From assembly GCA_963836185.1 (NCBI GenBank), contig CAWIIQ010000001.1:1344001-1408000 (forward strand): 64,000 nt of DNA, read 5' to 3'. Shown one piece after another: positions 1 through 10,022 of the stretch; positions within the stretch are counted from its first letter, which is position 1, and every line of letters begins with the position of its first letter. The notes beneath the pieces are model-generated. The model was given only the letters and a program-made list of their open reading frames with translations, had not been told where the DNA came from and made no database searches. The position numbers and the translations under genes are program-made. The DNA comes from Candidatus Krumholzibacteriia bacterium (lineage in GTDB: Bacteria > Krumholzibacteriota > Krumholzibacteriia > Krumholzibacteriales > Krumholzibacteriaceae).

Positions 1-535
1 GGAGCAGGTCATCATATCGGAAGGGACGGCTTCAGCGCTGTCATTGATCAGGGACGTGAACGGAGACGAGCGTCTTGATCTCATCCTTCCTTCGATAAAG
101 ATCAGCATAAGCGCTATCATTCGTTTTCTCGTCACAAGATCGATCCCGATCAACTTCAATATCTTCCTTCTTCAGGAGGACAGCAGGTTCTCCGAGCGTC
201 CCGATTTTACCAAGGAAGTAAAATTCAAGATCGATTTCTCGGGCGACTCTGATACACAGGCGATGGATCTCGACGGTGACTACAACGGGGACAAGCGCAA
301 GGATTTCGTCTTCGGGACAGGTGAGACCGAGCTGTCGATATATCTCGGTGAATCGGGCCACAAGGACAGGCTCTTTTCCAAGAAACCTGTAGCCAAGGTC
401 GAGGCCGAGGCGTACGGCGAGATGGAGGCCCTGGACCTGAACAATGACGGATACTCGGACATCACCATCTACTACCCCAACAGCAAGGACAAGAAAGGGA
501 TGGTCCAGATCCTCATGAACCTCGGCAGAATCTGA
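1..535 (+). CDS. FG-GAP/VCBS repeat protein, 5'-truncated by window edge
   Basis: Repeated DxNGD motifs (DVNGDERLDL, DYNGDKRKDF, DLNNDGYSDI); the reading frame runs in from the window start. Confidence 0.7.
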   Translation, partial: EQVIISEGTASALSLIRDVNGDERLDLILPSIKISISAIIRFLVTRSIPINFNIFLLQEDSRFSERPDFTKEVKFKIDFSGDSDTQAMDLDGDYNGDKRKDFVFGTGETELSIYLGESGHKDRLFSKKPVAKVEAEAYGEMEALDLNNDGYSDITIYYPNSKDKKGMVQILMNLGRI

Positions 536-552
536 CAAGGGAGGTTCGAGAA

Positions 553-1872
553 ATGATCGATGAGAATGAATCCCTGAGACCCTGCCCGGCGGAGGGGAGA
601 GAGAGGCTGGCATCGATCGACACTCTCAGGGGGGTGGCGGTCCTTGGTATCCTCGGGATGAACATATACGCATACTCGCTTCCATACATGGCATACGATA
701 ATCCCACCGTCATGGGAGGATTCACGGGGCCTGACCGTCTCGCCTGGTGGATCACATACATGTTCTTCAGTTTCAAGATTATGCCGGTCTTCTCGATGCT
801 TTTCGGCGCTGGACTCATGCTGATGTACGACAGGTACGCTTCGAAGGGGATCTCCTTCGGGAGGTTCTGGTACAGGCGCATCCTGCTGCTGATGATGTTC
901 GGGGCGGTGCATGGCTATCTTCTCTGGACAGGAGACATCCTCTTTCTATACTCGATATGCGGCCTGTTTCTCTATCTCTTCAGAAGGAAGACCGTCAGGA
1001 AACTCTTCATAGCCGCATCCATCTTCTACATCATCGGATTTCTTCCAAACATGGCGGGCGGGTACTACTTCGGTATGATACGGGACGACGTGCTTCCGGA
1101 GGTTGAAAGGAAGACCGCGGCAGGCGAGAAATTGACTGCTGTCGAACAGGCCCAGAAGCAGACGTGGGATGAGACGATAAAGCATTTCAATCCGTCAGAT
1201 GAAGATGTCGAAAAGGACGTCGAGGTCTTCAGGAACGGATATCCCGGGATGGTCACGTATCGCGCTCCTCTATATCTGGCTATGACTACTTATCTGCTCG
1301 TCTTCGGATCGTTCTGGCCGGCTATGGGACTGATGCTGTTCGGTATGGCCTTCGCGAAACTCGGTGTCTTCTCCGCGTCGCGATCGAAAAGGTTCTACCT
1401 TATACTTGCCGTCATCGGCTATGGCGCCGGCCTGCCCCTTGCCTACCTGTCAGCCAGTGGTGCTATCGCTGATGATTTCTCTTTTGTCGAGAGCATGTCT
1501 ACTCGCGGGCCGCTGAACATGCTTGGAGGACCACTCGTAGCCCTCGGCCACGTCGGTATCGTCATGTTTGCCTGCAGGGCATGTCTGCTGTCCGGAATGA
1601 GAAGGATGTTGTCGGAGGCAGGGAGGATGGCCTTGAGCAACTACATAGGACAGACTTTGATCTGCACGACGATATTCTACGGATACGGCCTGGGGCTGTA
1701 CGCCTCATACGGCAGAGCGACCCTGATGCTCCTCGTCCTGGCTGTCTGGATCGTCGAACTGATTGTGAGCCTGATCTGGTTGAGAAGGTTCAGATTCGGC
1801 CCCCTGGAATGGCTGTGGCGGACATTGACTTACGGGCGACCGCAGCCGATGCGGAAACATCCCTCTGAATGA
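553..1872 (+). CDS. DUF418/YeiB-family membrane protein
   Basis: N-terminal RLASIDTLRGVAVLGIL, FSMLFGAG, GRMALSNY and C-terminal RFGPLEWLWRTLTY motifs; many hydrophobic segments. Confidence 0.85.
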   Translation: MIDENESLRPCPAEGRERLASIDTLRGVAVLGILGMNIYAYSLPYMAYDNPTVMGGFTGPDRLAWWITYMFFSFKIMPVFSMLFGAGLMLMYDRYASKGISFGRFWYRRILLLMMFGAVHGYLLWTGDILFLYSICGLFLYLFRRKTVRKLFIAASIFYIIGFLPNMAGGYYFGMIRDDVLPEVERKTAAGEKLTAVEQAQKQTWDETIKHFNPSDEDVEKDVEVFRNGYPGMVTYRAPLYLAMTTYLLVFGSFWPAMGLMLFGMAFAKLGVFSASRSKRFYLILAVIGYGAGLPLAYLSASGAIADDFSFVESMSTRGPLNMLGGPLVALGHVGIVMFACRACLLSGMRRMLSEAGRMALSNYIGQTLICTTIFYGYGLGLYASYGRATLMLLVLAVWIVELIVSLIWLRRFRFGPLEWLWRTLTYGRPQPMRKHPSE

Positions 1873-1925
1873 ACTGGCATATCAGCTGAAGTTTGATATA
1901 TTTAACATATAACAGGGGGTTAGAA

Positions 1926-2786
1926 ATGAAGGTCAGGTACATACTTGTCGCCCCTCTTGCCGCCGTCCTTGTCTTGAGTCTCGCCTGCAGTGATGAGAAT
2001 GTCGACCCTCTAGGACAGGGTCCGCCGCGGGACGTTATCCTTCCCGATCTATCCGAGAACATAATCATCGCCTACGAGCAGACAGTCTTTATCGAGTCTG
2101 AAGGGATCTCCGTTACGTTCAGGGAATTCTCGGAAAGCCGCTGCCCGAAGGGTGCGGTATGTGTCTGGGAGGGGGAGGGTCTCGTCGAATTGATATTTGA
2201 GAACGCCCGGGGAGATATTGTGAGCGCTCTGCCCGTTATAAGACCAGGCAGGGATCCGGAGAGGTATACCTGGCTCAAGGCGTACGTCATGGATTACCGC
2301 GTCACGTTGCTCGAACTGGAGCCGTATCCGGAGGTGGACACTCAGTCCAGTCCGGAGGAATATACGGCCCTCCTGAAGATCGAGAGGATCCCCGACCCGA
2401 GCGGATGTGATCATGTGATGTTTACCCAGGGCGATCCGACAGCGATGTGCAGGGACGAGCTGGCAATACTGGGAGGTTCGATCGACGGGATCATACTCAA
2501 GGTCTATGTCAACTATGGAGGAGGCTGTGGAGATCACGATTTTATCCTCCTCGGCAGGCCGAATTTCATGGAATCTTACCCGGTGCAGATCGACCTCTAT
2601 GTGCATCACAGCAATATCGACGATTATTGTGACGCGATCGTCAGCGATACTCTCTGTTTCGATGTGCGCAGAGTCGCCGAGTTGTACGAGGGTGTCTACC
2701 AGTCCTGCGACGATATACTGATCAATGTTCTGGACTGCAACCTGAACGATCCGGATGAGAAGTTCCAGGTGATGCTGAGGCCCTAG
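1926..2786 (+). CDS. Putative lipoprotein of unknown function
   Basis: Signal peptide with lipobox LAC; SRCPxxxxCxWxG and YGGGC motifs; start set at ATG 1926 after GGGG SD-like. Confidence 0.65.
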   Translation: MKVRYILVAPLAAVLVLSLACSDENVDPLGQGPPRDVILPDLSENIIIAYEQTVFIESEGISVTFREFSESRCPKGAVCVWEGEGLVELIFENARGDIVSALPVIRPGRDPERYTWLKAYVMDYRVTLLELEPYPEVDTQSSPEEYTALLKIERIPDPSGCDHVMFTQGDPTAMCRDELAILGGSIDGIILKVYVNYGGGCGDHDFILLGRPNFMESYPVQIDLYVHHSNIDDYCDAIVSDTLCFDVRRVAELYEGVYQSCDDILINVLDCNLNDPDEKFQVMLRP

Positions 2787-2796
2787 GGAGAAACGC

Positions 2797-3657
2797 TCAG
2801 TCCTCGAATCCCTCGAAGCTGCGGCCGGCGTAGGCGTCGCACTTCGAGCACAGTTCGATCTTCTCGCGCTCGCCCCTTGCCAGATATTCCGCGAATTCAA
2901 GTCTTTGAGCGCCGTTCCAGATATCGAGGACGCTGTCATCGTTGACGTTGCCGATCACGGCTCTTCCTGCGATGTCCCAGCAGCATAGTACGGCGCGGCC
3001 GTCGGTGTAGAAGAACATCTCTTCACGCATCTTGATGCATGGTTTGCGGACCATCTCTACGCCTTCTGTCCAGGGCCAGTTGTACAGCGGAACGATGAGG
3101 GCTCTGTCGACACGTTCACTCCAGTATTCGATGTAGTCACGCTGCTCATGGCGGTTGGATGCCATGTCGATCATCCTGACCTCGGTCTCGATCGTCTTTT
3201 CCGACTCCCCTGCCATGCGGGCGAACCTCTCGATGTTCGTGACGACGCGGTCATAGTCAAGCCCCACGCGGTCCTTCTCATATGACTCTGCGGAGAAGGC
3301 GTCGATACTGAACCTTACTATGTCGATTCCAGCATCGATCAGTGCGGCGGCATTCTTCTCGGTGAGAGCGTTTCCATTCGTGTTGATCTCAGCATGAGCT
3401 GTAATGTCCTGTTTGATGTATGCAACGATTTCGGGAAGCCTCGTGTCAATAAGGGCCTCGTTCTGCAGGAACGGCCTGTAGGTGATGCCGAGGCCGCGGG
3501 TGTCGTCGATGATCTTCTTCCACGTCGCGTCAGGCATTCTTCGCGGCGTCCTGTCTATGTCTCTCTGGGGGCAGAAGGGGCACTGCGCGTCGCAGCCGAT
3601 CATCGATTCTATCTGTATGAATCTCGGTTTCTTCGGGAATCCTTGTTTATCGGTCAC
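2797..3657 (-). CDS. Radical SAM protein with SPASM/twitch domain
   Basis: CDAQCPFC (CxxxCxxC), NTNG, RFSID; C-terminal C...DGRAVLCC...IGNV...IWNG...CSKC. Confidence 0.85.
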   Translation of the reverse strand: MTDKQGFPKKPRFIQIESMIGCDAQCPFCPQRDIDRTPRRMPDATWKKIIDDTRGLGITYRPFLQNEALIDTRLPEIVAYIKQDITAHAEINTNGNALTEKNAAALIDAGIDIVRFSIDAFSAESYEKDRVGLDYDRVVTNIERFARMAGESEKTIETEVRMIDMASNRHEQRDYIEYWSERVDRALIVPLYNWPWTEGVEMVRKPCIKMREEMFFYTDGRAVLCCWDIAGRAVIGNVNDDSVLDIWNGAQRLEFAEYLARGEREKIELCSKCDAYAGRSFEGFED

Positions 3658-3658
3658 T

Positions 3659-4972
3659 TCATGCCTTTCCGCTGTCGATATGTTTCTCTATCAGTTCCAG
3701 GCAACGCGGTGCCGCGCCGCATCTTTTTCTTATGAATTCCGATGCCGTCCTGCCAAGTGACTCCAGAAGCGCCCGGTCTTTCAGCAGGGCTTCGGTTTCC
3801 CTCGCGAATTCCTCGTCCGAGTGGACGACTTTACCGGAGCCGAGCCGGACCAGCATACCAGCTTCCCATGAATTGTCAATCTTCGGCCCGAAAAATACGG
3901 GCAATTCCAGGACGGCGGGTTCCATCACATTGTGTACGCCTGTCGTCCAGCTTCCGCCTACATACGCGATGTCGCCGGCCCTGTAAAGTTCGGCGAGGTA
4001 TCCGATCCCGTCGGCGATTATCACAGGAGTATCGGCGTCCCATTTCTCGATGCCGGAGAGGCGAGCCGAGCGCAATCCGTTTTTCCCGAGCGCTGTCTCG
4101 ATAGCGCTGAGCCTCGATGCGGTCGGTTCGTGCGGCGCTACTATCATCGCCGTGTTCGGCTGTGTGCCGAGGACCCTGGCGAATCCGGGGATGACTATAT
4201 CCTCGTCCTTCGGCCAGGTGCTGCCGGCGATTATCATCGGGCGTGAGTCTTCGAGGACCACCCTGGAGATCTTCACTGTCGAGTTGTCGATGCGCTGGCA
4301 GACCTGATCAAACCTCGTATCGCCGGCAGTGATGATCTCGGTTATTTTCCCGAGGTGATTCGAGAAGCGCTCCGCATCCTCGTCTGATATTGCCGCTATA
4401 GCATCAAGTGTCGAATAGATCGATCCATAGAATCTTTTAGCCGGGCCGGAAAGCCTCTTTGAGGAGGGAGAGAGGGTGCCGGAGATGAGTATCTGGGGGA
4501 TCCCTCTCGATCCGGCCTCGAATATGAGGTTAGGCCATAGATCGAATTTCACGTATACGATCATATCGGGCTTCAGCGTGTCGAGGCAGAAGCGCATGTT
4601 TGAGACTGTATCGATAGGCAGGTAGTCGACGAATACAAGGGATGTGTTTTTTACCGACCTGTCATGCTTTCTGAAATAGTCTATCCCCGAAGGTGAGAAG
4701 AATGTAAGCACGATCTGAGTGGAACCACCGTGCTTTTCGGCGAGAAGATCCATGACTGGTCTGGCCTGAAGGAACTCTCCGACAGACGAGACATGGAACC
4801 AGATCGTTCTTTTGCCGGGATCGAGAGCATCAGCGCTCTTGCTCCATCTCTCCCTAAGGTCTTTTCGTCCCCCGATTCCATCGGCGATCTTGGCGTTGAA
4901 CTTCGCCGAGACCTTTGCCCCGACCGCGGCGACAGGAAGGAGGAGGTTATATAATCCTCGTGCGAGACTCAT
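3659..4972 (-). CDS. waaA: 3-deoxy-D-manno-octulosonic acid (Kdo) transferase
   Basis: IWFHVSSVGE, TFFSPSG, YLPIDT, GDTRFD, AGSTW, APHEP, AYVGGS, HNVMEPA. Confidence 0.9.
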   Translation of the reverse strand: MSLARGLYNLLLPVAAVGAKVSAKFNAKIADGIGGRKDLRERWSKSADALDPGKRTIWFHVSSVGEFLQARPVMDLLAEKHGGSTQIVLTFFSPSGIDYFRKHDRSVKNTSLVFVDYLPIDTVSNMRFCLDTLKPDMIVYVKFDLWPNLIFEAGSRGIPQILISGTLSPSSKRLSGPAKRFYGSIYSTLDAIAAISDEDAERFSNHLGKITEIITAGDTRFDQVCQRIDNSTVKISRVVLEDSRPMIIAGSTWPKDEDIVIPGFARVLGTQPNTAMIVAPHEPTASRLSAIETALGKNGLRSARLSGIEKWDADTPVIIADGIGYLAELYRAGDIAYVGGSWTTGVHNVMEPAVLELPVFFGPKIDNSWEAGMLVRLGSGKVVHSDEEFARETEALLKDRALLESLGRTASEFIRKRCGAAPRCLELIEKHIDSGKA

Positions 4973-5997
4973 CCTTCTCCTCCAGTCGATCCGAGGACCT
5001 GGTCGATGGCGGACACGACTTCGTCTGTATCGATCGTGTCGAGACAGTCCCGGTTTTCGATATGGCAGGGCCTGGCGCCATTACGTGAACATGGCCGGCA
5101 TTCAAGATCCTTTTCCAATACGATACTTGCGTCGAGAAGAGGATAATAGCCGAATTGTCTGACTGTGGGACCGAAAAGCGCGACGACAGGAGTGCCTACC
5201 GCCTCAGCCATATGCAGGGGAGCTGAGTCATTGGAAACCAGTACCGATGCCTTTTTCAGCGCTGATGCGGTCTCCATAAGTGAGAGTCTGCCGCAGGCGT
5301 TGACGGAACCATCGGAGGATGCTGCGATCCGGCAGATATCCTTCTCGGACGCCGCGCCGATGATCAGGACACCGCACCCGAGTCTGTCAGCCAGGCTGGA
5401 GAATCTTTCGGCGGGCCATCTCTTAGTCTCCCATCTTGCGCCTGGAGCAAGTGCGACGACCTGGTGTCCGGTCAATCCGTTCTCCCTGAAAAGCCTGTCA
5501 ACCGCGGCTTCCGCTTCGGGAGGAGGATCAAGCCTCGTGGAGACATCAGGGATCTCTTCTCCGAGCGCCCCGATCAGGCCCAGGTACCTGTCCTTCATCG
5601 ATACGGTATCTCTGTACAGATCCTTCCCCGCCCTTATAAGGGACAGTTTTCGGACCTGGTCTTTACCCAGCTGGACTTTCCTGCCTGCCCTGAGTGTCCG
5701 GTAGAGGAAGTTGCTGCGGATCACGTTATGCGCATCGATGATGATATCGAATCTTTCAGCGGCAAGCCGCTTCCTCAAGCCAAGAAGTTCACCGATCCCC
5801 GCGCTGATGGGAAGAGAGTGTATCCTGGCGATATTACCGTTACTTTCGAATATCTCATCGTACTGTTCTTTAGTCGCCAGATGGAGCTCGTAACCGGGGT
5901 ATGTGACGGCGATTGCCTCTACGAGAGCCGAGAGGAGGACGAGGTCTCCAAGTGAGCTGAACCTGATCAGGAGTATCCTGGGACGATTTTCATTCAT
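4969..5997 (-). CDS. GT9 LPS heptosyltransferase (WaaF-like)
   Basis: ILLIRFSSLGDLVL, PGARWETKRWP, NDSAPLHMAEAVGTPVVALFGPT, CRPC; exact start uncertain (5997-6027). Confidence 0.85.
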   Translation of the reverse strand: MNENRPRILLIRFSSLGDLVLLSALVEAIAVTYPGYELHLATKEQYDEIFESNGNIARIHSLPISAGIGELLGLRKRLAAERFDIIIDAHNVIRSNFLYRTLRAGRKVQLGKDQVRKLSLIRAGKDLYRDTVSMKDRYLGLIGALGEEIPDVSTRLDPPPEAEAAVDRLFRENGLTGHQVVALAPGARWETKRWPAERFSSLADRLGCGVLIIGAASEKDICRIAASSDGSVNACGRLSLMETASALKKASVLVSNDSAPLHMAEAVGTPVVALFGPTVRQFGYYPLLDASIVLEKDLECRPCSRNGARPCHIENRDCLDTIDTDEVVSAIDQVLGSTGGEG

Positions 5998-6315
5998 AAG
6001 CATCTGGCCTGTATGGAGTTTGCTCATGGGAATATACAGCAAGGGGCCAGGCAAGTCCAGACGCAATGCACTCCGAATTCCGGTAATCCGAAAAATTTGT
6101 TAAATGAGCAAAATGGATGTTGAAAAAGCAGCACAATTATTACATTATTCATATTGAAAACGTAATTGCTCGTTTTTTATTTATTATAAAGTTTGTAATT
6201 TGCACTTTAATTGATTGCGCATTGGTCACAGTGATGCTGGATGATGATTGATGGATGGGCGATCGATTGTCGCAGGAAGTAATCCACAAAATAGAGGGAA
6301 CGGGGGATTCACTAT

Positions 6316-6876
6316 ATGGAAACCAGGAACGAGATAGGTTCCCGCATCAAGCAGTTCCGGCTCGCAAAGGGCCTGACACTGAAGGACATAGAGCTCAAGG
6401 CCAAGGTCTCGGCCACCCATGTCTCTGAGATAGAGAGGGGAATGACCTCTCCGACTGTAGGCGCGCTGGCCAAGATCGCCAGGGCTATGGGAACCGATGT
6501 GGCCTATTTCGTCGAAAAGAAGAACCTCTCGAACATCTCGGTAGTCCGCAGGGACGAGCGCAGGACGATGCAGTTCAAGGATTGGGGGGCTACTTACCTT
6601 TCTCTGACACAGGATCTTCCGCATCCGAGGATCTCCTTCCTCGAGGTCATTCTCGAACCCGGTATCGCAAGGCCGGAAGAGACCAGCACGCACGATGGCG
6701 AGGAATTCGCTCTGGTGACCAAGGGAGTAATGGAAATCATCATCGGAGAAGAGAAATATATTCTCAAGGAAGGCGACAGCATCCATTACAAATCTAACAA
6801 ACCACATGCCATGAGGAACATCGGCGATGCCAGATGTCGCGCCATCTGGGTGACCCTGCCGCCGTTCAGCCTGTAA
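6316..6876 (+). CDS. XRE HTH + cupin transcriptional regulator
   Basis: IGSRIKQFR..SEIERGMTSPT HTH; cupin HDGEE..LKEGDSIHYKSNKPH. Confidence 0.9.
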   Translation: METRNEIGSRIKQFRLAKGLTLKDIELKAKVSATHVSEIERGMTSPTVGALAKIARAMGTDVAYFVEKKNLSNISVVRRDERRTMQFKDWGATYLSLTQDLPHPRISFLEVILEPGIARPEETSTHDGEEFALVTKGVMEIIIGEEKYILKEGDSIHYKSNKPHAMRNIGDARCRAIWVTLPPFSL

Positions 6877-6897
6877 CCGGAAACAGCTGGAGAAATA

Positions 6898-7467
6898 ATG
6901 GACATGATCACCAAGGAAGAAATCGGCAGACGGATCAAAAAGATCAGGGAGCAGCAGCACCTTACGCTCAAGAACGTAGAGGCGAAAGCCGGGATATCGG
7001 CGACTCATATATCAGAGATCGAGAGGGGCAAGACCTCTCCTACCATCGGCGCGCTGATCCGCATCGCCGATGCTCTGGGAAAAGATCCAGCTTACTTTAT
7101 CGAGGACCAGGAACTCAGCGACGTCTCCTTCATCGCCCTCGAGGACCGGGTCAAGAAGAAGCTCGAGAAGGCAGCAGGAGAGATCGAGGTGCTGACCAAC
7201 TCGATACCGAGCGGCAAGATCAACTCGCAGTTGATAACGCTCGCTCCGAGTCCCGCGGAAGAGATAACGATGCATGCCCATGACGCGGATGAGGCCGTAC
7301 TGGTGCTTTCGGGCGGGGTCAGGTTCAGGGTGGAGGACAAGGAGTACGAGTTGAGTGAGGGAGACAGCATCTACTATGTCGCCAGCCAGGAGCACGGCTA
7401 CGCCAACGCTTCGGACAGCGAGGAAGCGAAGATGATATGGTTTGCCTCCGAGCGAGGTGTCGACTAG
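6898..7467 (+). CDS. XRE HTH + cupin transcriptional regulator (paralog)
   Basis: IGRRIKKIR..SEIERGKTSPT; cupin HDADE..LSEGDSIYY..EHGY. Confidence 0.9.
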   Translation: MDMITKEEIGRRIKKIREQQHLTLKNVEAKAGISATHISEIERGKTSPTIGALIRIADALGKDPAYFIEDQELSDVSFIALEDRVKKKLEKAAGEIEVLTNSIPSGKINSQLITLAPSPAEEITMHAHDADEAVLVLSGGVRFRVEDKEYELSEGDSIYYVASQEHGYANASDSEEAKMIWFASERGVD

Positions 7468-7532
7468 GCGGTCAGGAATCAACCGAGGGAAGAGGTTTTC
7501 CAGCGCCTGAAAGCGTCTAACAGTAATTATCG

Positions 7533-7563
7533 CCGCCGGTTTCATGGAAATCGGCGGTTTTTT
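7533..7563 (+). terminator. Rho-independent terminator
   Basis: CCGCCGGTTTC-ATG-GAAATCGGCGG stem followed by T-run. Confidence 0.75.
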
Positions 7564-7578
7564 ATTGCTCGATTTATA

Positions 7579-7608
7579 TTGACACATCATTTTTAACGAA
7601 ATTATAGT
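7579..7608 (+). promoter_or_regulatory. sigma70-like promoter
   Basis: TTGACA-18 nt-TATAGT upstream of the DUF1844 gene. Confidence 0.55.
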
Positions 7609-7633
7609 CTGAACCTGTAAGGAGGGAGTTGAA

Positions 7634-8017
7634 TTGGATAACGACAACAATAACACCGACTATGCTCGCGATACCTTTCTGTTCCAACACCTTGTCGTGA
7701 TGTTTCAGACCCTCGCACTTCAACAGATGGGAAAGCTCACCAGCCCCATAACGGGTAAAGTGGAAAGAGATTTGCATCAGGCGAAGATTACCGTCGATAT
7801 GCTGGGCATGATCCAGAAAAGGACCGAGGGGAATCTCGAAGAAAACGAGAAGAAGATCCTCGATACGGTCATGATGGAACTCCAGATGAATTACATCGAC
7901 GAGACCGCCAGGGCGGAGAAAGAAGAAGAGGGACCGGCGGTAGAGGAGAATGAAAACGAGATCGAAGAGGATCCTGACAAGGGTGGAACGGAGGAAGAGC
8001 CTGCTGGCGACGCCTGA
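7634..8017 (+). CDS. DUF1844 family protein
   Basis: ALQQMGKLTSP..DLHQAKITVDMLGMIQKRTEGNL..LQMNY; AGGAGGGAG SD before TTG start. Confidence 0.8.
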   Translation: MDNDNNNTDYARDTFLFQHLVVMFQTLALQQMGKLTSPITGKVERDLHQAKITVDMLGMIQKRTEGNLEENEKKILDTVMMELQMNYIDETARAEKEEEGPAVEENENEIEEDPDKGGTEEEPAGDA

Positions 8018-8056
8018 CCTGCCCCGGGATCCGTCGATGAGCCGAGGAGGTAAAGG

Positions 8057-9943
8057 ATGAGAAGGTATGCGCGACTAGTCGTTGCATCCGTGCTTCTCAC
8101 CACGCTCTTGTCAGTGGGCGCTGCCGCTCACGTTTCGTGGGATGGCACGGCCGGTATGCTCAGGGTCTATGACGCTGGCACAGTTGGAAAAGGAAAACTG
8201 GTCTTTTCGATGGGCACATCGTACATGCGGTGGCCCGACGAGGTCCTGCTGCAGTGTCCCGGCAGCTTCTACGACCAGGCCGGCGGAACTGACCCCAGGA
8301 CGGTAACGTACAATTTCTTCACATCCAGGGCGGGACTGACTCTCGGACTCAGCGACCATGTTGAGATCGCGGCCAACCTCGATATCCGTAACTGGATAAT
8401 GCAGGTTCCTGAAGAGTTCCAGACGGATGAATTCGAGACCTATTATCGCGGCGGGCTCGGTGACACGTGGCTGCTGCTCAAGCTCGCTCCTCCTATTCCG
8501 ACCAAGTACTTCAAGTTCGGAATCCTCGGTACGGCGAGTTTTCCTACGGGAAACAAGGAGAGAAGGTTTACGACCGATTCGATCGATTTCCGGCTCGACG
8601 GTCTGTTTACCTTCGACCTTACACATACCGACGCCTTCGTTCCGACGAAACTTCACTTTAACGTGGGGTACGTGTTCAACAGGAACGAGGAGTTCGGTTA
8701 CGGGATAACCAATACGAGCAATCCGAATCTGAGCGGATTCTACCCTCCGGCATATCCGGCTACCCCGGAGGGAGAGAGCGACAGCTACAACGACCTGTTC
8801 AAGTTCGGAAGTGGTATCGAGTTCATGCTCGAACACACGAAGCTGTTCGTCGAGTTCAGATGGGACCAGTTCACCAGCTACGAAGGACTGTCTGACAGCT
8901 GTGGAATACAGAACGTCAACAAGAGCATGTATACACTTACGCCGGGAATCTCGGTGGAATCGAAGAACGGCGTAGGCCTGCTGCTCGGATTCGATATCAA
9001 TCTCAACTCGCAGGAAAATCAGTCGATCATGAATCCGCCTGACTGGATGGCGTATTTCGCGCTGACCTTCGGCGGCTACGTGATGCCTCAGGACGCGGAC
9101 AAGGACGGTATCGAGGATAAGGTTGACAAGTGTCCAGACGATCCGGAAGATTTCGACGGGTACGAGGACGAGGACGGGTGCCCCGAGCTTGATAATGACG
9201 GGGACGGCATCAATGACGACATGGACGAATGCCCCGATCTGGCCGAGGATTTCGACGGATACCAGGATGATGACGGGTGCCCCGATCTTGATAACGACGG
9301 TGACGGCATACCCGACGTGGACGACAGGTGCCCCATGGAGCCCGAGGACTTCGACGGATTCGAGGACAGCGACGGCTGCCCCGATATACTCCAGGATACG
9401 GACGAGGACGGTGTCCCCGATGACACCGACAAATGTCCTCTCAAGCCTGAAGATATCGACGGGTTCCAGGATGAGGATGGCTGTCCAGATCTCGACAACG
9501 ATCTCGACGGGATCCTCGATACAGAGGACCAGTGCCCGAACGAGCCCGAGACTTTCAACGGATACATGGATGAGGATGGATGTCCCGACGAGAGGCCGAT
9601 CGAGCAGAAGTTCATTCTTCGCGGGATAAACTTCGAGAGCGGCTCAGCGTCCCTGACGCCTGACAGCTACTCGGTGCTCGACCAGGTGGTCAAATCCCTG
9701 ATGGCGTATCCCGAGGTGAAAGTAGAGGTGCGCGGATACACCGACAGCGTGGGTGGATGGGAATCGAACCTCACTCTTTCCCAGCGCAGGGCCGATTCCG
9801 TCAAAAAGTACCTGACCAACTCGGGTATCGAGAGCGAGAGGCTCCTTTCGAAGGGTTACGGCGAAGCCGATCCCATAGCCTCGAACAAGACTGCCGGCGG
9901 CAGGGCGGAGAACAGGAGGATCGAGTTCCACCGCATGAACTAG
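8057..9943 (+). CDS. OmpA-family outer membrane protein with thrombospondin type-3-like Ca-binding repeats
   Basis: Signal peptide, beta-rich N-terminus, repeats D-x-D-G-x-x-D-x-x-D-x-C-P / EDFDGxxDxDGCP, C-terminal OmpA domain (GYTD, LSQRRA, NRRIEF). Confidence 0.9.
   Translation: MRRYARLVVASVLLTTLLSVGAAAHVSWDGTAGMLRVYDAGTVGKGKLVFSMGTSYMRWPDEVLLQCPGSFYDQAGGTDPRTVTYNFFTSRAGLTLGLSDHVEIAANLDIRNWIMQVPEEFQTDEFETYYRGGLGDTWLLLKLAPPIPTKYFKFGILGTASFPTGNKERRFTTDSIDFRLDGLFTFDLTHTDAFVPTKLHFNVGYVFNRNEEFGYGITNTSNPNLSGFYPPAYPATPEGESDSYNDLFKFGSGIEFMLEHTKLFVEFRWDQFTSYEGLSDSCGIQNVNKSMYTLTPGISVESKNGVGLLLGFDINLNSQENQSIMNPPDWMAYFALTFGGYVMPQDADKDGIEDKVDKCPDDPEDFDGYEDEDGCPELDNDGDGINDDMDECPDLAEDFDGYQDDDGCPDLDNDGDGIPDVDDRCPMEPEDFDGFEDSDGCPDILQDTDEDGVPDDTDKCPLKPEDIDGFQDEDGCPDLDNDLDGILDTEDQCPNEPETFNGYMDEDGCPDERPIEQKFILRGINFESGSASLTPDSYSVLDQVVKSLMAYPEVKVEVRGYTDSVGGWESNLTLSQRRADSVKKYLTNSGIESERLLSKGYGEADPIASNKTAGGRAENRRIEFHRMN
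9088..9590 (+). repeat. Intragenic TSP3-like coding tandem repeats
   Basis: About five ~33-aa units with recurring DNA such as gatttcgacgg / tgccccga. Confidence 0.8.
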
Positions 9944-9965
9944 CCGGATCTGACGCAGAAGTGAC

Positions 9966-10003
9966 AAAGGTCCGCGGGGCTCAGGCTCCGCGGACCTTTT
10001 TTT
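9966..10003. terminator. Terminator between convergent ompA and mazG
   Basis: AAAGGTCCGCGGGGC-TCAG-GCTCCGCGGACCTTT plus T-run. Confidence 0.8.
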
Positions 10004-10022
10004 CTCTGTTGCCGGAACAAGG

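Noticed and set aside
9088-9590. CRISPR or non-coding repeat
   Set aside because: The repeats are in-frame TSP3-like protein repeats of OmpA
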